DNA of 64,000 nucleotides from Paragordius varius (taxonomy: Eukaryota > Animalia > Nematomorpha). The DNA lies in assembly GCA_964247055.1 (NCBI GenBank), contig OZ176054.1, positions 11,842,001-11,906,000 of the forward strand, in the 5' to 3' direction. The notes under the pieces were generated by a model. The model was not told where the DNA came from and searched no databases. It worked only from the letters and a program-made list of their open reading frames with translations. This document shows positions 9,490 to 21,898 of this stretch, one piece after another. The translations under genes were made by a program, and so were the position numbers. How positions within the stretch are numbered: the first letter of the stretch is position 1; every line of letters begins with the position of its first letter.

Positions 9490-12198
9490 TTAAATAGTTA
9501 TATTATAGGATACAAATCCATTATTGGGAATAGTTATGGATCTGCTATAATTTCGATTTCCAATCACAATCTATATTGAAAAAATATTCATATCTGAAAT
9601 ATTTGTCTGTTTTTATAAAAAGGTTAAATAAATTTGTTATATAAGAATTTCAAATATATCCAAAATTCGATCAAAAAATGCTGTAAATTACCGTTAAGTT
9701 ATAGAAGCCTGGAAGTAGGATTCTATGATATTCACCGTTCTTACTAACGTAAGTGGGATGTCTTCTCCCTTTGACAAAAACTTGGCCCCCAGAAGATGAT
9801 ATAATACCATTTTTATCCTTTATAAACCCAGAAACACCTATTGAAATAAAAGTTTCTCATAATTTAAAATTTAGTATAGTAAAATTGAAATTATACAGAC
9901 AAAAAGTAAAAACATAAAGACAAATATTTTTTTGAACCGCCATACTTTTCTAACCTTGATTTTTGAATGATCTAATCACATCTGTAATATGATTCCATAT
10001 AAATCTCTACTGATACTTTACCATTTAAAACGATGATGGGTTATATCAATAAATTCAAGTTTAAAAAAATATGGTTGACTTTTGAAAAACTTTTTTATCT
10101 TTATGCCGATCCTTTTTGTCTGTATAATTAAATTTTTCCTATAATCTATACCTCTTAAAGATGAAAGCAAAGATTGCTTTAGGGATTCTTTGTTTTGATT
10201 CCAATAAGGTAGCAAATTGCCTTGTGGGTAATGTTTACAAGAGACTTCGAGTGTGAGCTCAAATACACCATGATAAATATAATTGTAATCTTGCATACCT
10301 CCTGTAAAATATTAATAAATAAAAAGATTTTATGGCAGAATTCACAGGAATTTGGGTTTTTTACAGTTTTTTAACAGATTTTTACCAAAAAATTAAAACA
10401 CATTGAGGTTAAAGTTATATTATTATTATTATAAAAACTTGATTAATTGTACCTTGTATGGAATACCAAGCCACACCATTAGTTATTCCATCGGTAAAAC
10501 GTTGCCCACAAATACCTCTTGGGATGTCAGGATGTGACAATGAATAAACTTTTGAAATGTTTTTGAAGACATCATCATCCGGAGAGTTATAATATCTACT
10601 GGCTAGAAAGTATGAGCAGAATTTAAGGTAAAAAAAATGTGGCAATTACACTCAATAAAAATTAGAATTATACAGACACGTAGAAACTAAAATATATTTT
10701 TTCAAAAAAGACAAATGTAATGATTTTTTAAATTATTTTGGTTCGCAAATTACACAATAGAGAGGTATAAATTGATAAACTCAATTACAGTATGCATTCT
10801 AATAGTTGTTTATTTCACACTATATTTGGGCAATTTGCAACACAGTAGTGTAAACAACAAAATATTGAATAAAATAAACAAAGTAATGTAAAGAGAAAAA
10901 ATATTTAACTTTTTTTCTTTCCATCAACTACTGTGTTACAAGACCAACTATAGTATGAAAAAAGCAACCATTAAAGTGCATATATATATACATAATTTAA
11001 GTCGTAATTATATGTAGTTTATGTGGTAAACAATCAGATAATATAAATGTGGTTGTCTTTATGGTACAATATTTTAAATATTAGTTTCCACGTTTTGTCT
11101 GTATAATTTCAATTTTTATGTATTATAAGTTATTTTGACTCTTTTTAACAGTATAAAAAAATGTACATTGCTAATTTAAATTAGTTTTTGCCAGATAGCA
11201 TATGCAGCAAAGATATAGCAATAAAAAGTGAAAATATAACTATAGCCCAATTATATTTCCCTTTGCTTTACATGATATCTGACAATAATTTACTAGAAAT
11301 GTATACTTACTCACACTGTATACATCTGAATGAATAAATTGTTAATTACCTATGTTTGGAGGTTTATTATCATACGGATAATTTACGACTAAGGCACCAC
11401 CATGAAATGATAATGAGAAAACGAACGGCCATTCATCTAACCAATCCATAATAGCTTGAGTTTCTGGTTGAATTTCTTCACTGTTGGGTTCAAAGAAGTC
11501 GGGGAAGTTGCGATTTAAATCGTACCCATTGGCATTATATCTATTTTGTTTGATAATTAAATATATATAATAAATTTTTTAAATTTAAAGCTGTTTGCAA
11601 ATAGACCGCAGGCTAAAACATACTATAAAATGGAGTTTTGATTTTTATGAATTACCGAGTGATGTCCTCATATCCATCAGGGTTCATAGAAGGCAATAAA
11701 TGCAAGATAGTTTTATCAAACACATTAGACATTTCACGTAATCCATTTTGTTCGAGCAAGTATTCAGCGAAATGCAGTAAAACTTCTTTCCCAATTGGCT
11801 GTAAACAATTTGAAAAATATTAGATTTGAATTTTTTTTGAGTTGTTTAAATCGGAATTTAATATATCCAACCTCGTTCCCATGGATATTAGCGACAAATT
11901 TTACGTGTCGATAACCTCGGCCCTTAGATTTTTCTGGATTTTGGCTTCCTATGGCTAAGACCCATAGTGATTTCCCTAAATTATTAATTATATAAATTAA
12001 CGCATTAAGGTAATTAAAAAAATAAGTACCTCTAACACTTTTGCCAATGGAATAAAGGTAGGTTTGGTTGGGAAAACGTTCACTCAGGCCAAATAAATAT
12101 TGTTTAAGGTCTTCATAAGAATGATAATTGAAATCCAAACAATATAAAGATGAAAATGACAAAAACTGGAAAAGACCAATAAAAAAAATATTCATCAA
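9490..12198 (-). CDS. CPM: Carboxypeptidase M-like M14B metallocarboxypeptidase, 377 aa; exons 12030-12198, 11872-11975, 11656-11798, 11350-11540, 10453-10602, 10152-10301, 9692-9837, 9490-9570
   Basis: Signal peptide then LDFNYH; Zn motif HGNE; PSMNPDG; DLNRNFPD; [13 protein letters not shown]; [16 protein letters not shown]; catalytic ELTLEVSC; transthyretin-like [10 protein letters not shown]. Exon lengths sum to 1134 nt in frame. Confidence 0.9.
9878..10140. mobile_element. MITE family C copy (TIR CAGTAAAAATTGAAATTATACGGACAAAACG-like) filling most of CPM intron 6
   Basis: Left agtaaaattgaaattatacagacaaaaag and right ctttttgtctgtataattaaattttt are inverted copies. The same TIR occurs at 5330, 10660, 11090, 21900, 28890, 31040, 36420, 49983 and 51580. 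Confidence 0.75.
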
Positions 12199-15100
12199 AA
12201 TTTTTTTTTATAAAAATTCACAACTATTTTTTCAAAAATATCCCTATATAAAATTATTAAGTGCTTTCTATCTGTCTTTATAGAGACAATTTGATCAATA
12301 TATATATAAATATATATATATATATATGATTAGTATGATATTTGATATCTTAACAATATTTAATTACATTGTTTCCACGAATAAATATCAAAAAAACCTT
12401 GTTTGACTTAATACCTTAATGTGTGGAAGGAAATAAATAGTAAAAGGGTTATTTATAAATATGTGTGTTAACAATAATTCTTAATCAAAATTATCCTTAT
12501 TCATTTGTTAATTAACTTGCTTCGATATTATAATTAACATAATTGTCAACCTTATATTAGTACGTTTCCGATTTTTTAAAAGATCTTGCTAGATTTTTGA
12601 TTCGAAATAATTACAGTCTTTATTGCAATATTATATCAAAACAGGGATCCGTTAATTGGTTTTTTATGGAAAAAAAAGTTTATCCTAACGCGCTTAAGTT
12701 CGAACCCTTCCTGTTTAAAATCAAATTTTGCTCATCAATCAAAATGTTCACTTATTAATTATAAAAAATTCGCTTGCAAAATTTTTCAATAAGGATTATT
12801 ATTAAGTATGGCAAGCTTCTTTAATCATTAAGATCGTAAACTAGCTGGTGTGTTGGCCTTTAAACATACATAAAAGTAGATTTTTAATTTTTATTCTATT
12901 AAGGCGATAAATATTAATATTTTTTACCCCTAAATGTGATAGGGCAGTCTAGGCTTGTTTTAAGTATTCTCACATGCAGGAAAATGTTAAAATACTTGAA
13001 ATTACAAGAGATAATTCGATTTTATGTCCCAGTTCTTAGTCAATTTAATAAAAACTTATTGGGTAGGGTCGCCTTTTATCTGTTCTATTTAAGCTTGACA
13101 CTTAAAATTATCAATATTTTTAGATTAAGCGAATTGCAAAAGAGAAAACTCGGTAAACTATGCCAAACAAATATTTAAAATGATTTTGAGTTAATGAATC
13201 TTAATTTATTACGGTGAGTTTGAAATGATCAAAGGTTGAATTAGAAATGGTGGGGTCTGAGAATTTAAAATCTTTAAGGGTGATGTTTTAAAGGGTCAAA
13301 TGTAAATGGTATATTAATAAACATTAATTTTAAATATGTTCTTAGGTACATTTCAAAGCTGTTATCATTTTTGACCATTTCCACCTCTGATTAATGCAAA
13401 GTCGACGGTCAGAAAATCTTAAAACATGCAAAAATAAATTAAGGGCCATAATTTAAAATGGTCACAAGGGGGGAATTTCAAACCCAAACATGTTAATAAT
13501 ATAAAAAATATATTCATACTCATTTTGAGCGTGCAATTAATTGTGTATCAGTTATCATCTTTTTACAATTATTTACATGAGATAATAACTCTATATGGAT
13601 ATATAAATTGAAATATTAAGTAGTATATAGTTTTTGCTTTCGTATGTTATGTACAAACTAGCTATAAAAATTTATAATGAAAACAATAAATGCGGTTTGG
13701 TACACGGTTTTTGGGCATTATAAAATGCAATATATGTATAAATATATATATAATAAAAAACATAAATCTTTTTTATTAAAAATACATAGATATCGTATGG
13801 CTAAATTAAAAATTTCATTCAGATATTGTTATATGCTAAAATTTTGAGCAAAATAAAAAAATGTATTTATGTATGGCTAATTGGCATGTTAATACAAAAC
13901 ATTCATGTATTCTTGATGTTTTAAGCGCAAAACTAAATGCATATCTTTGGGCATAATTGTTACCCTGCGGGCATGGATAGCGCATAAATTACAATCCTCC
14001 AATAGGGTAACCAAAAACGCTTCTGCGGCCTATATATATTGAAATCGTAAATTATATTTATTGTGTATATATGTTTTTATATACATGCAGATTGGGTTGG
14101 ATTTTTAACAATATTAAATATAACTGATCGACCGTTTACAAATGTATATTAACGTTTAATACCAGTTTTTGTTAACTGATTGTTACCTTAAATCGGTTTA
14201 TATGTATTAATAACAAAAAATAAATATATATAAAATTACAATATAAAAATCGAAACTTAATTTTTTTTATATTATGTAAAAATCATATGCCCAATTTTTT
14301 AACTGTGGTTTTCCATATATGGGCATGAGTGCAGTCTTTATAAATCCTAACCTTTAATTTAAATCTCATTTGGTTGTAACTTAATTCCTTTTTCACCCTT
14401 TAAAAAGGATTCTTTTGGTGTGTCTTTGTGCACTTTGATTATATACGAAAGAAAATCGGAAAAATAAATTTTAGGGGCACCAGTAATAATCACTTTTACA
14501 AAACCGTAATATTTCCTATAATATTTTTGAGGAATATTTTTTGCATATTAAGGATAGTTAAGAATTTGAATCTTAGATAATTTTTAAAAATCCTTGCGTG
14601 ATCCGGTTAAAAGAAAAATTCTATGGTCAAAACCATGTATCATGCTAAAAAATATGTAATTTTATCCTATGGCATATTTAATATTACCTCTTGCAAGCAA
14701 GCCAAAGCGGGAACGTGCCATTTAAAAGATTTTCCACCCAATGAAAAATTTTGGTCGCAAATTTCTTTAATCTAAATAGATATATTATAGAAATAAATTT
14801 AATATATTGTTAAGCTATATGCTTAAAAAAATTAACTTCGAAGCCATAAATATCCAATTTATACGAATACTCTATATCTGAAATATAATTTAGAAATATC
14901 GTAAATTATTTTATTACAATAATTGTAAAAATTGATATATCTTAATAACAAAATGTTATGTAAGCTTATAATAATAAATGTTAATTATTTTCTTTAACAA
15001 TAAAGTGCTCTATTCACTGGGAAAATAAGCAGACAGATAATATATTGTTGTAGTTCAGATAAAATAGCAAACAATATTAATAAATAAGGTTAACATAGTG

Positions 15101-15429
15101 TTAAAAATTAGTAAAAATAAAAATATTTATTCTGAAATGTATATAGGAAGGAGGGTTATGATCTCCAATAATATTTAAATTTTGATTATTTTGATTAAAC
15201 TATATTCATTGCTAAATGATGTTTAGGTATGCATATAAGTATTAATTAAACTGACCAATAAAATTGTGCACATAATTTTGTAGATATATTGAGTTTAAAA
15301 TACATCTAATTTATGTAATCTTTTATTGGGTGGGGATTAATATTGAGTTGTAATGAATTCAAACTTTTTTAAAGTAAGCTCACAAGGCAATACAAATGCT
15401 GTAGGGTTTAAATATTATTTTTGTATTCA

Positions 15430-15515
15430 AAGACCAACTTGAAAAAATTAGGGGCCAACTAAAATGTTAAGGACCAACTCAAGTGTTGATGGACACTCTT
15501 AAAGTGTAAATGGTA
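15430..15515. mobile_element. Solitary degenerate end of MITE family B
   Basis: aaggaccaactcaagtgttgatggacactcttaaagtgtaaatggtaa matches the family B right terminus. Confidence 0.7.
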
Positions 15516-15946
15516 AATTAATAATCTACCTAACTGTCTCTATCAATTGCATTTATCAAAGAGAATAATATTGTTATTTAAACTCGCCAGAAAATTTCTT
15601 TTCGCAACATATTCTCGCTTTACAGTCCAAAAAATGGGGACTTTTAAAGAATAAAAAATTTATTATAGGAAATTTACCTTATGGGAATTATTTAACCATC
15701 TATGTATAGCACCTAGCAAAAAATACTAATTAATGTTAGAACACCATTTGGAATATGTAATGAAACCACAAAGACGTCTCGTGACAAAAATGAAAAAACT
15801 ATCTATTTTCCTCAACCATAAACAATATAGATTTAACGAAACGAAACAGATTAAACTAAATAGACTTTTTAACAAAGAAAATAATAATATACTAAAATTA
15901 TCGTTTAACACCTATTTTCACTGATCTTTTAAAAAACACTAGCTTA

Positions 15947-16258
15947 TATACCATTTACAGTATAAATTCGCCCTTGAATAATTCAAATTCACCTTCGAAC
16001 AATTCAAATTCACCCTCGAACAATTCAAATTCAGTCTAAAAATAAATTAGGTGTTTTCGAACTAAGATAACTCATTATTAATATAAAATATATATTTATG
16101 GCATAGTTTATTATATTTTCAGTATTATTTTAATTTAAAACAAAATTTTTATTTTTTTAAAATATATAAAAATATTGGTATTTTTTTTAAAAAACATATA
16201 TTTTATTTGAGGGTGAATTCGAATTGTTTAAGGGTGAATTTGAATTGTAAATGGTATA
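15947..16258. mobile_element. MITE family A copy
   Basis: TATACCATTTACA...TGTAAATGGTATA TIRs with AATTCAAATTCACCCTCGAAC units. Confidence 0.9.
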
Positions 16259-16779
16259 TTAAAATTTTAAGTTATCACTCACTAAAAGGCTCAACACGTA
16301 TAAACATAATGGTGGTCGGAAAAATAGTGTTAAACATTTTTCCTTCCCCATCAAAAAATGCCTATAGGATTCAAGCAAAAGAACCTGAAAATTTGGATAG
16401 CGCGAAAATAACCCAAGACATACTAATAATTTAAAGGATTAGGCTTTGTCGACCTGGAAATGTTGTAGGTAAACTATCAGAGACCTTTTCCAAGTCGACG
16501 AAGACCTAATGAAGAGGGAACTCTCATTAGTAAAACGATTGTAACTGTCTTAATATAATAATAATACGAATATAGCATCTATTGTACTTTAATTATTATT
16601 AATAAAACCATTATGAGTTTGTCGAGCAGAATTGCTTCATATATTTTGACATTGAAAGCTCTAAAAGTTTAATAGGCGGCCGCCTGTAGGAGCCAGGATG
16701 TAGAGTGGGAGGTATAAAACTTTTTTCCATTTAGAGATTAAAAATAAAAGTACAACAGATGCTATATTCTTCGCATTAT

Positions 16780-17620
16780 ATGACAGCTACGATCGGCTTA
16801 CTTTAATAACTCCCCACTTCATTACGCTTTTGTCGACCTAGAAAAGGCATGTGATAGTGTGCTGCCTAGAACACTTATATGATGAAGGCCTTTAAGTAAG
16901 AAAGGGTGTGAAGAAAGGATAAAAAAACTAATAATGAAACTTATTATCACAATAGTTATATGGTTTTACCCAGAATTTTATATTGATTTGAATGACATAA
17001 ATGTTCCGTTATGAGCCCTATATATTTTTCAATGTGTAGTCCTAGATGAAATTACATGCGACATAAGAAGAACAGGCATTCCGAGGCAAATCTTGTTTGC
17101 CGATACTTGTCTTAAGACAACCTTGTACATAACTTTGAAATATGGAGATTTACCCGAGAAAGTTTTGATTTTAAAGAAAATTTCACCACAACCAAATTTA
17201 TGGCGAAATAAAAAACACAGTAGCCTTGAGGTATCTCTAGCAAGAATGTTAAATCTAACTCTATTATGTGCTTACGACGCAATTTATGGGTACATAAAAG
17301 TGTTCTGTTCTCAATTCCTTGAACATATTAAACTTCGTATGCAAAGAATGTAATGAATTAAAACCGGTTCAAATTACAAAACCATATATTCGCAACGCTC
17401 ATGCAATAGAGATTGTAGAATAGATTTTTTAATAAACCTCGGCAATGATATGATTGCCGGAGAAAGTGTAGAGAAAGCAGTAAATTGCTTCAGCTAAACT
17501 TAGAAAAATATCACTTAATAAAACACATATTAGACCATAGCGAAGAATACGGCGCACAAACCTGACCACTTACTAAAACCAATAAATAAAATCTAACAGA
17601 AGATTGAATCCTTTAACAAT
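16780..17620 (+). mobile_element. RTE-clade non-LTR retrotransposon reverse transcriptase relic
   Basis: Frameshifted motifs YAFVDLEKACDSVLPR (FVDLEKAFD.VPR) at 16823 and VLDEITCDIRRTGIPRQILFADT (MLFADD) at 17039. Confidence 0.75.
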
Positions 17621-18590
17621 TCTTTATATATTAAACTCAACCAAACACACTTTTGATATAAATTTTCATGTATACATAATCTTTAAAACATATCCAATTT
17701 ATCATATTATTAAAATCAGTGGTAATCAACAGAAAATTTAAAGGGCCGCAAACCATATAATACCGATAAAAATTTCATAGCTGTTTGACACATTTGCAGA
17801 TGATATTTATACTCAAAAAAGATACATAAATGATTTAATATATAATTCAGGGCGGCCATAAAAACCACTTTTAGGGACGCATGCGGTCCCTGGTTTAAGT
17901 ACCATTCATTTTTACCAAACGACTAAGTTGCTTAGATCAGACTAATCGAAGAGACAATAATAATTCAAAAAAGATGTGGAATTATATATTAATTTCAAAA
18001 GCTTTGTGCCTACAAAACCTGAAAAAATCAAAGACACAAAAAATATTTAAGGAGCCTAATGCAAAATTTGGAAGAAAATATATATGCACTCATTATTAAA
18101 TACACTGATTAATGATGATGATAATTAACTTTTATACACAAAAACTAACGTCAAAACTTTTGTTACATAATATATGAAAGATATAATAATACCAATCGTA
18201 TAAAAGGAGCGCGTCTAATTAATAATTGTGTAGATTTTTGGTACATTTTAATTTCTTCAAGCGCCTTATATCCTCGTGGGTGCCTTTTACGTTTAAGAGT
18301 AGCTATATTAATATAAATAAAACTCATACTATTCTGAGATATATTTGAGACGCGTTTTCTGGCATTTTTTACCCCTGAAATAGACTATACAAATAAAATA
18401 TTTTAATATTGTCTGATAATTAATATATATTTTAGTCTAAAAAGTGCAAAATTATACCGGTTCAGACCGTGCTGGATGAGATTTTGATCCTATTAAAATT
18501 ATATTTGTTAAAAAATAAACTTGGCATTTTTAAATTTGGCGCCTCGCTTCATACCTCATCCCACAAAAGCAAATTAGGGTGCGGTTCCAT

Positions 18591-21500
18591 ATGCCTATTT
18601 TACAGTTCAAAAGTTGTGTCAAAAATACGTCCAGTTTTTTCGAAATATTTACCCGAAGTTTTTCAGGTTAATATTAAATCTAAAAATTATTATATTTGAT
18701 AATACCAAACAATTGATTACAATTTACATGATTATTCCGTTTTTTTAAAATTTTAATCTTCATTTATCAATACAGCCAAACCATTAAAGAATCATGGCAA
18801 AGATATTGTGATTGTTGAAGGTGTTCGAACCCCGTTTGTTCAATCGGGAACCGTATTCAAAAACGAAACCCAGCACTCTTTAGCTAAATATGCTATAAGG
18901 TTAGATTAATTTTTCATAATAAATACATTTTTTGATTAAAATTTAGGATTTCTATATTTAAAGATTGTTATCAAGATAAAACGTAAAAATTAAAATACTT
19001 TATTATAATAAAGTCAAATTTATATAAATAAATGATCACAATCATAAAATATATAATTGAGTGTGTTATTAATTTACATCTCTAACCAAAAACGACATAT
19101 TATATAAGAAAATCACGTTAAAACAAGTATGCGGTCCTTATAAAAAATTATTTAAGGTTTCACATTTCGTATTTTTAATTCATATATTAATTTTAATAAT
19201 AAAATTTTATAATTTAGCGGATTGTTAAATAAAGTTGGAATTCCGAAAGATGCCATAGAATACGTGGTGATTGGTAATGTGGTTCAAGATTGTAAAACAA
19301 CTAATGTCGCTCGTGAAGTCTCATTTTTTTAGCATTAAATTTTTTTTAGCATAAATAGTTTAAAGTTTTAACTAAAAAAAGTACACCTCAAATCCCTCTT
19401 TGAAAATATTATTTTTACTCTTAAATATATTGAAACAACTCTTTACATGTTTGATTCAGGTAAAAATAATTATTTTACTTGGCGTAGTTTAATTTAGTAT
19501 CAAATCTAGTTTCGTAATTTTAAACAGTCATTTATAAAAAATAATCAAGGTTATACTTTAAAATTTTTCATATAAGTTATAATTTTTTTAAACAAGACCC
19601 TTAAAATTAAATATTTCCCATATTTTTTTTAATATGTTATCCAAAAAAGACTGGAAAATTTTGTAGTTTTAAAGAACTGAAATGCGGATAAATTGAAATC
19701 ACAATTACAATTTTTTTTCGAAATAGGCTTCCCTATTAGCTGGGTTGAATGAGAGCACACCAGCGCACACAGTTAGTATGGCTTGTATTTCCTCAAATCA
19801 AGCTATCACTTCATGTAAGCTTTGCACTTGTTTAAACGAACAATTTTCAAATTACAATCATAATTTTGTTTTCGATAATGTAAAATTAGCCAAACAAATT
19901 TAATAATTTATATGTTAAATTGTCAATGAAAATATAAAGTAATAATATGTGGTTTTTTATCAATAGTAATTATAAAATCTTTCACAAACGTTGTACACTT
20001 ATCTATATTATTTGCCTACTTTGGGTTTTCACACATTTATAAATTTCGTATTTTTAGTAATATAATTGTGATTGGTAATAAATTGGAACTTAAAAAACAA
20101 TAAATACATAGGTATTGGTTACATAAACAGTGGAACGTGTGAAACATGTATTGCGGGTGGCGTTGAATTGCTTTCTGACATTCCTATCCGTTTTAGTCGT
20201 CATATGCGACAATTAATGTTAAGCTACCCAAAAGCTAAAACGCTAGGCTCTAAGCTTGCTCTAATGACGCGAATTACTCCAAAATCTTTGATTCCAGAGG
20301 TTTTTAGGGAATATTTTTAGATTTTAAACATACCATTTACAATTCAATTTCACCCTTAAACAATTCAAATTCACCCTTAAACAATTCAAATTTATACCCT
20401 TGAACAATTCCAACAATTCAAATTTACCCTCAAATAAAATATAAGTTTTTTAAGATTAAATATTACCCATATTTTATATATTTTTAAAAAATAAAAATTA
20501 TGTTTTAAATAAAATAATACTGAAAAAAAATAATAAACTATACCATAAACATATATTTCATATTAATAATGGGTTATATTAGTTCAAAAAAACATAATTT
20601 ATTTTTAGGGTGAATTTGAACTATTAATGGTATATATAAAATTATGGGAAAAAATGGTGGGTGGTTCGATCGGTACAATTTGGTAAAATTTTTAATGCAT
20701 TTTTTACAAAAGATAATAACAAATAAAGTATAATACTGGCCAAATAAGTAATTTTTTAATAATTAATTATTAATAACACACAAAGAAAAAAAATTTTATA
20801 CTAAAACTCACTCTTATAAATTAATCAAGCTTTTAATAGGCAAAAAGGCCAACAAATCATTGATATATCCATATGCTATTTTAATCTCGTTTGGCTTTAA
20901 TATCCACACACTCGATTCTTTCGGACAAAATTTTTTTATATATAAATACTCAAATTTTATTTCAATCTATCTATTCATTGATAAATTCTTTGGAAGCATT
21001 TAATTATTTCACTATAATCTAGTTTAATTACTCAATCTACATTTTTTATAAAATGGGCATTTAAAAATTGTGGAAATGTTTATATATCATTTTCAATTAA
21101 ATTCACCCTCGAACAATTCAATTTTGAAGAATTCAAATTCCCCCTAAAAAACATTTTTGAACTAATATAACTCATTTTTAATATGAAATATATCTTTATG
21201 GCATAGTTTATTGTTTTTTCACTATTTTTTAATTTTAAGCAAAATTTTTTTTTTTAAAATATAGGTAATTTTTATTAAAAAACACATAATTTATATGAAG
21301 GTGAATTTGATCTGCTCAAAGGTGAATTTGAATTGTAAATGGCATTTAGTTAGCAATTTATCGTTTTTAAGTTACCAGCAGTTGCTGAGTTTAGTACGAA
21401 CGAAACTATGGGGCATTCGGGCGATAGATTAGCTACAGCTTTTGATATAAGTCGAGAGGACCAAGATAGATATGCATTACGGAGCAATACACTCGCTGAT

Positions 21501-21861
21501 AAAGCCTTTAAAGCTGGTCTTTTAACTGATATTTTAACGTTACCTATTGGAGGTATATATATATATATTTATATCATTTACAATTCAAATTCACCCTCAA
21601 ATAAATTACATGTTTTTTAAAATTAAAATTTACCTATATTTTTATATATTTCTTTTGAAAAATAAAATTATATGTTGTAAATTAAAATGATATTGAAAAA
21701 ATAATAAACTATGGCATAAAGATATATTTCATATTAAAAATGAGTTATATTAGTTTGAAAACACATAATTTATTTTTAGGGTGAATTTGAATTGTTCGAG
21801 GGTGAATTTGAATTGTTTGAGGGTGAATTTGAATTGTTTAAGGGTGATTTTGAACTGTAAA

Positions 21862-21898
<37 letters not shown>

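Noticed and set aside
12685-12715. GTTCGAACCC B-box-like motif (tRNA or SINE)
   Set aside because: No A box, cloverleaf or second copy.
16490-16560. TCGACGA-AG...CTAATGAAGAG-GGAA-CTCTCATTAG-TAAAAC, a hammerhead-like hairpin
   Set aside because: Core positions 3, 4 and 12 deviate and stem I does not pair; at most a dead relic.
18469-18699. GTG-started ORF containing ASLHTSS as a possible HADHB presequence
   Set aside because: It has no ATG or convincing phase-1 donor; the ATG at 18591 in another frame gives RSFSA and a phase-correct CAG|GT donor.
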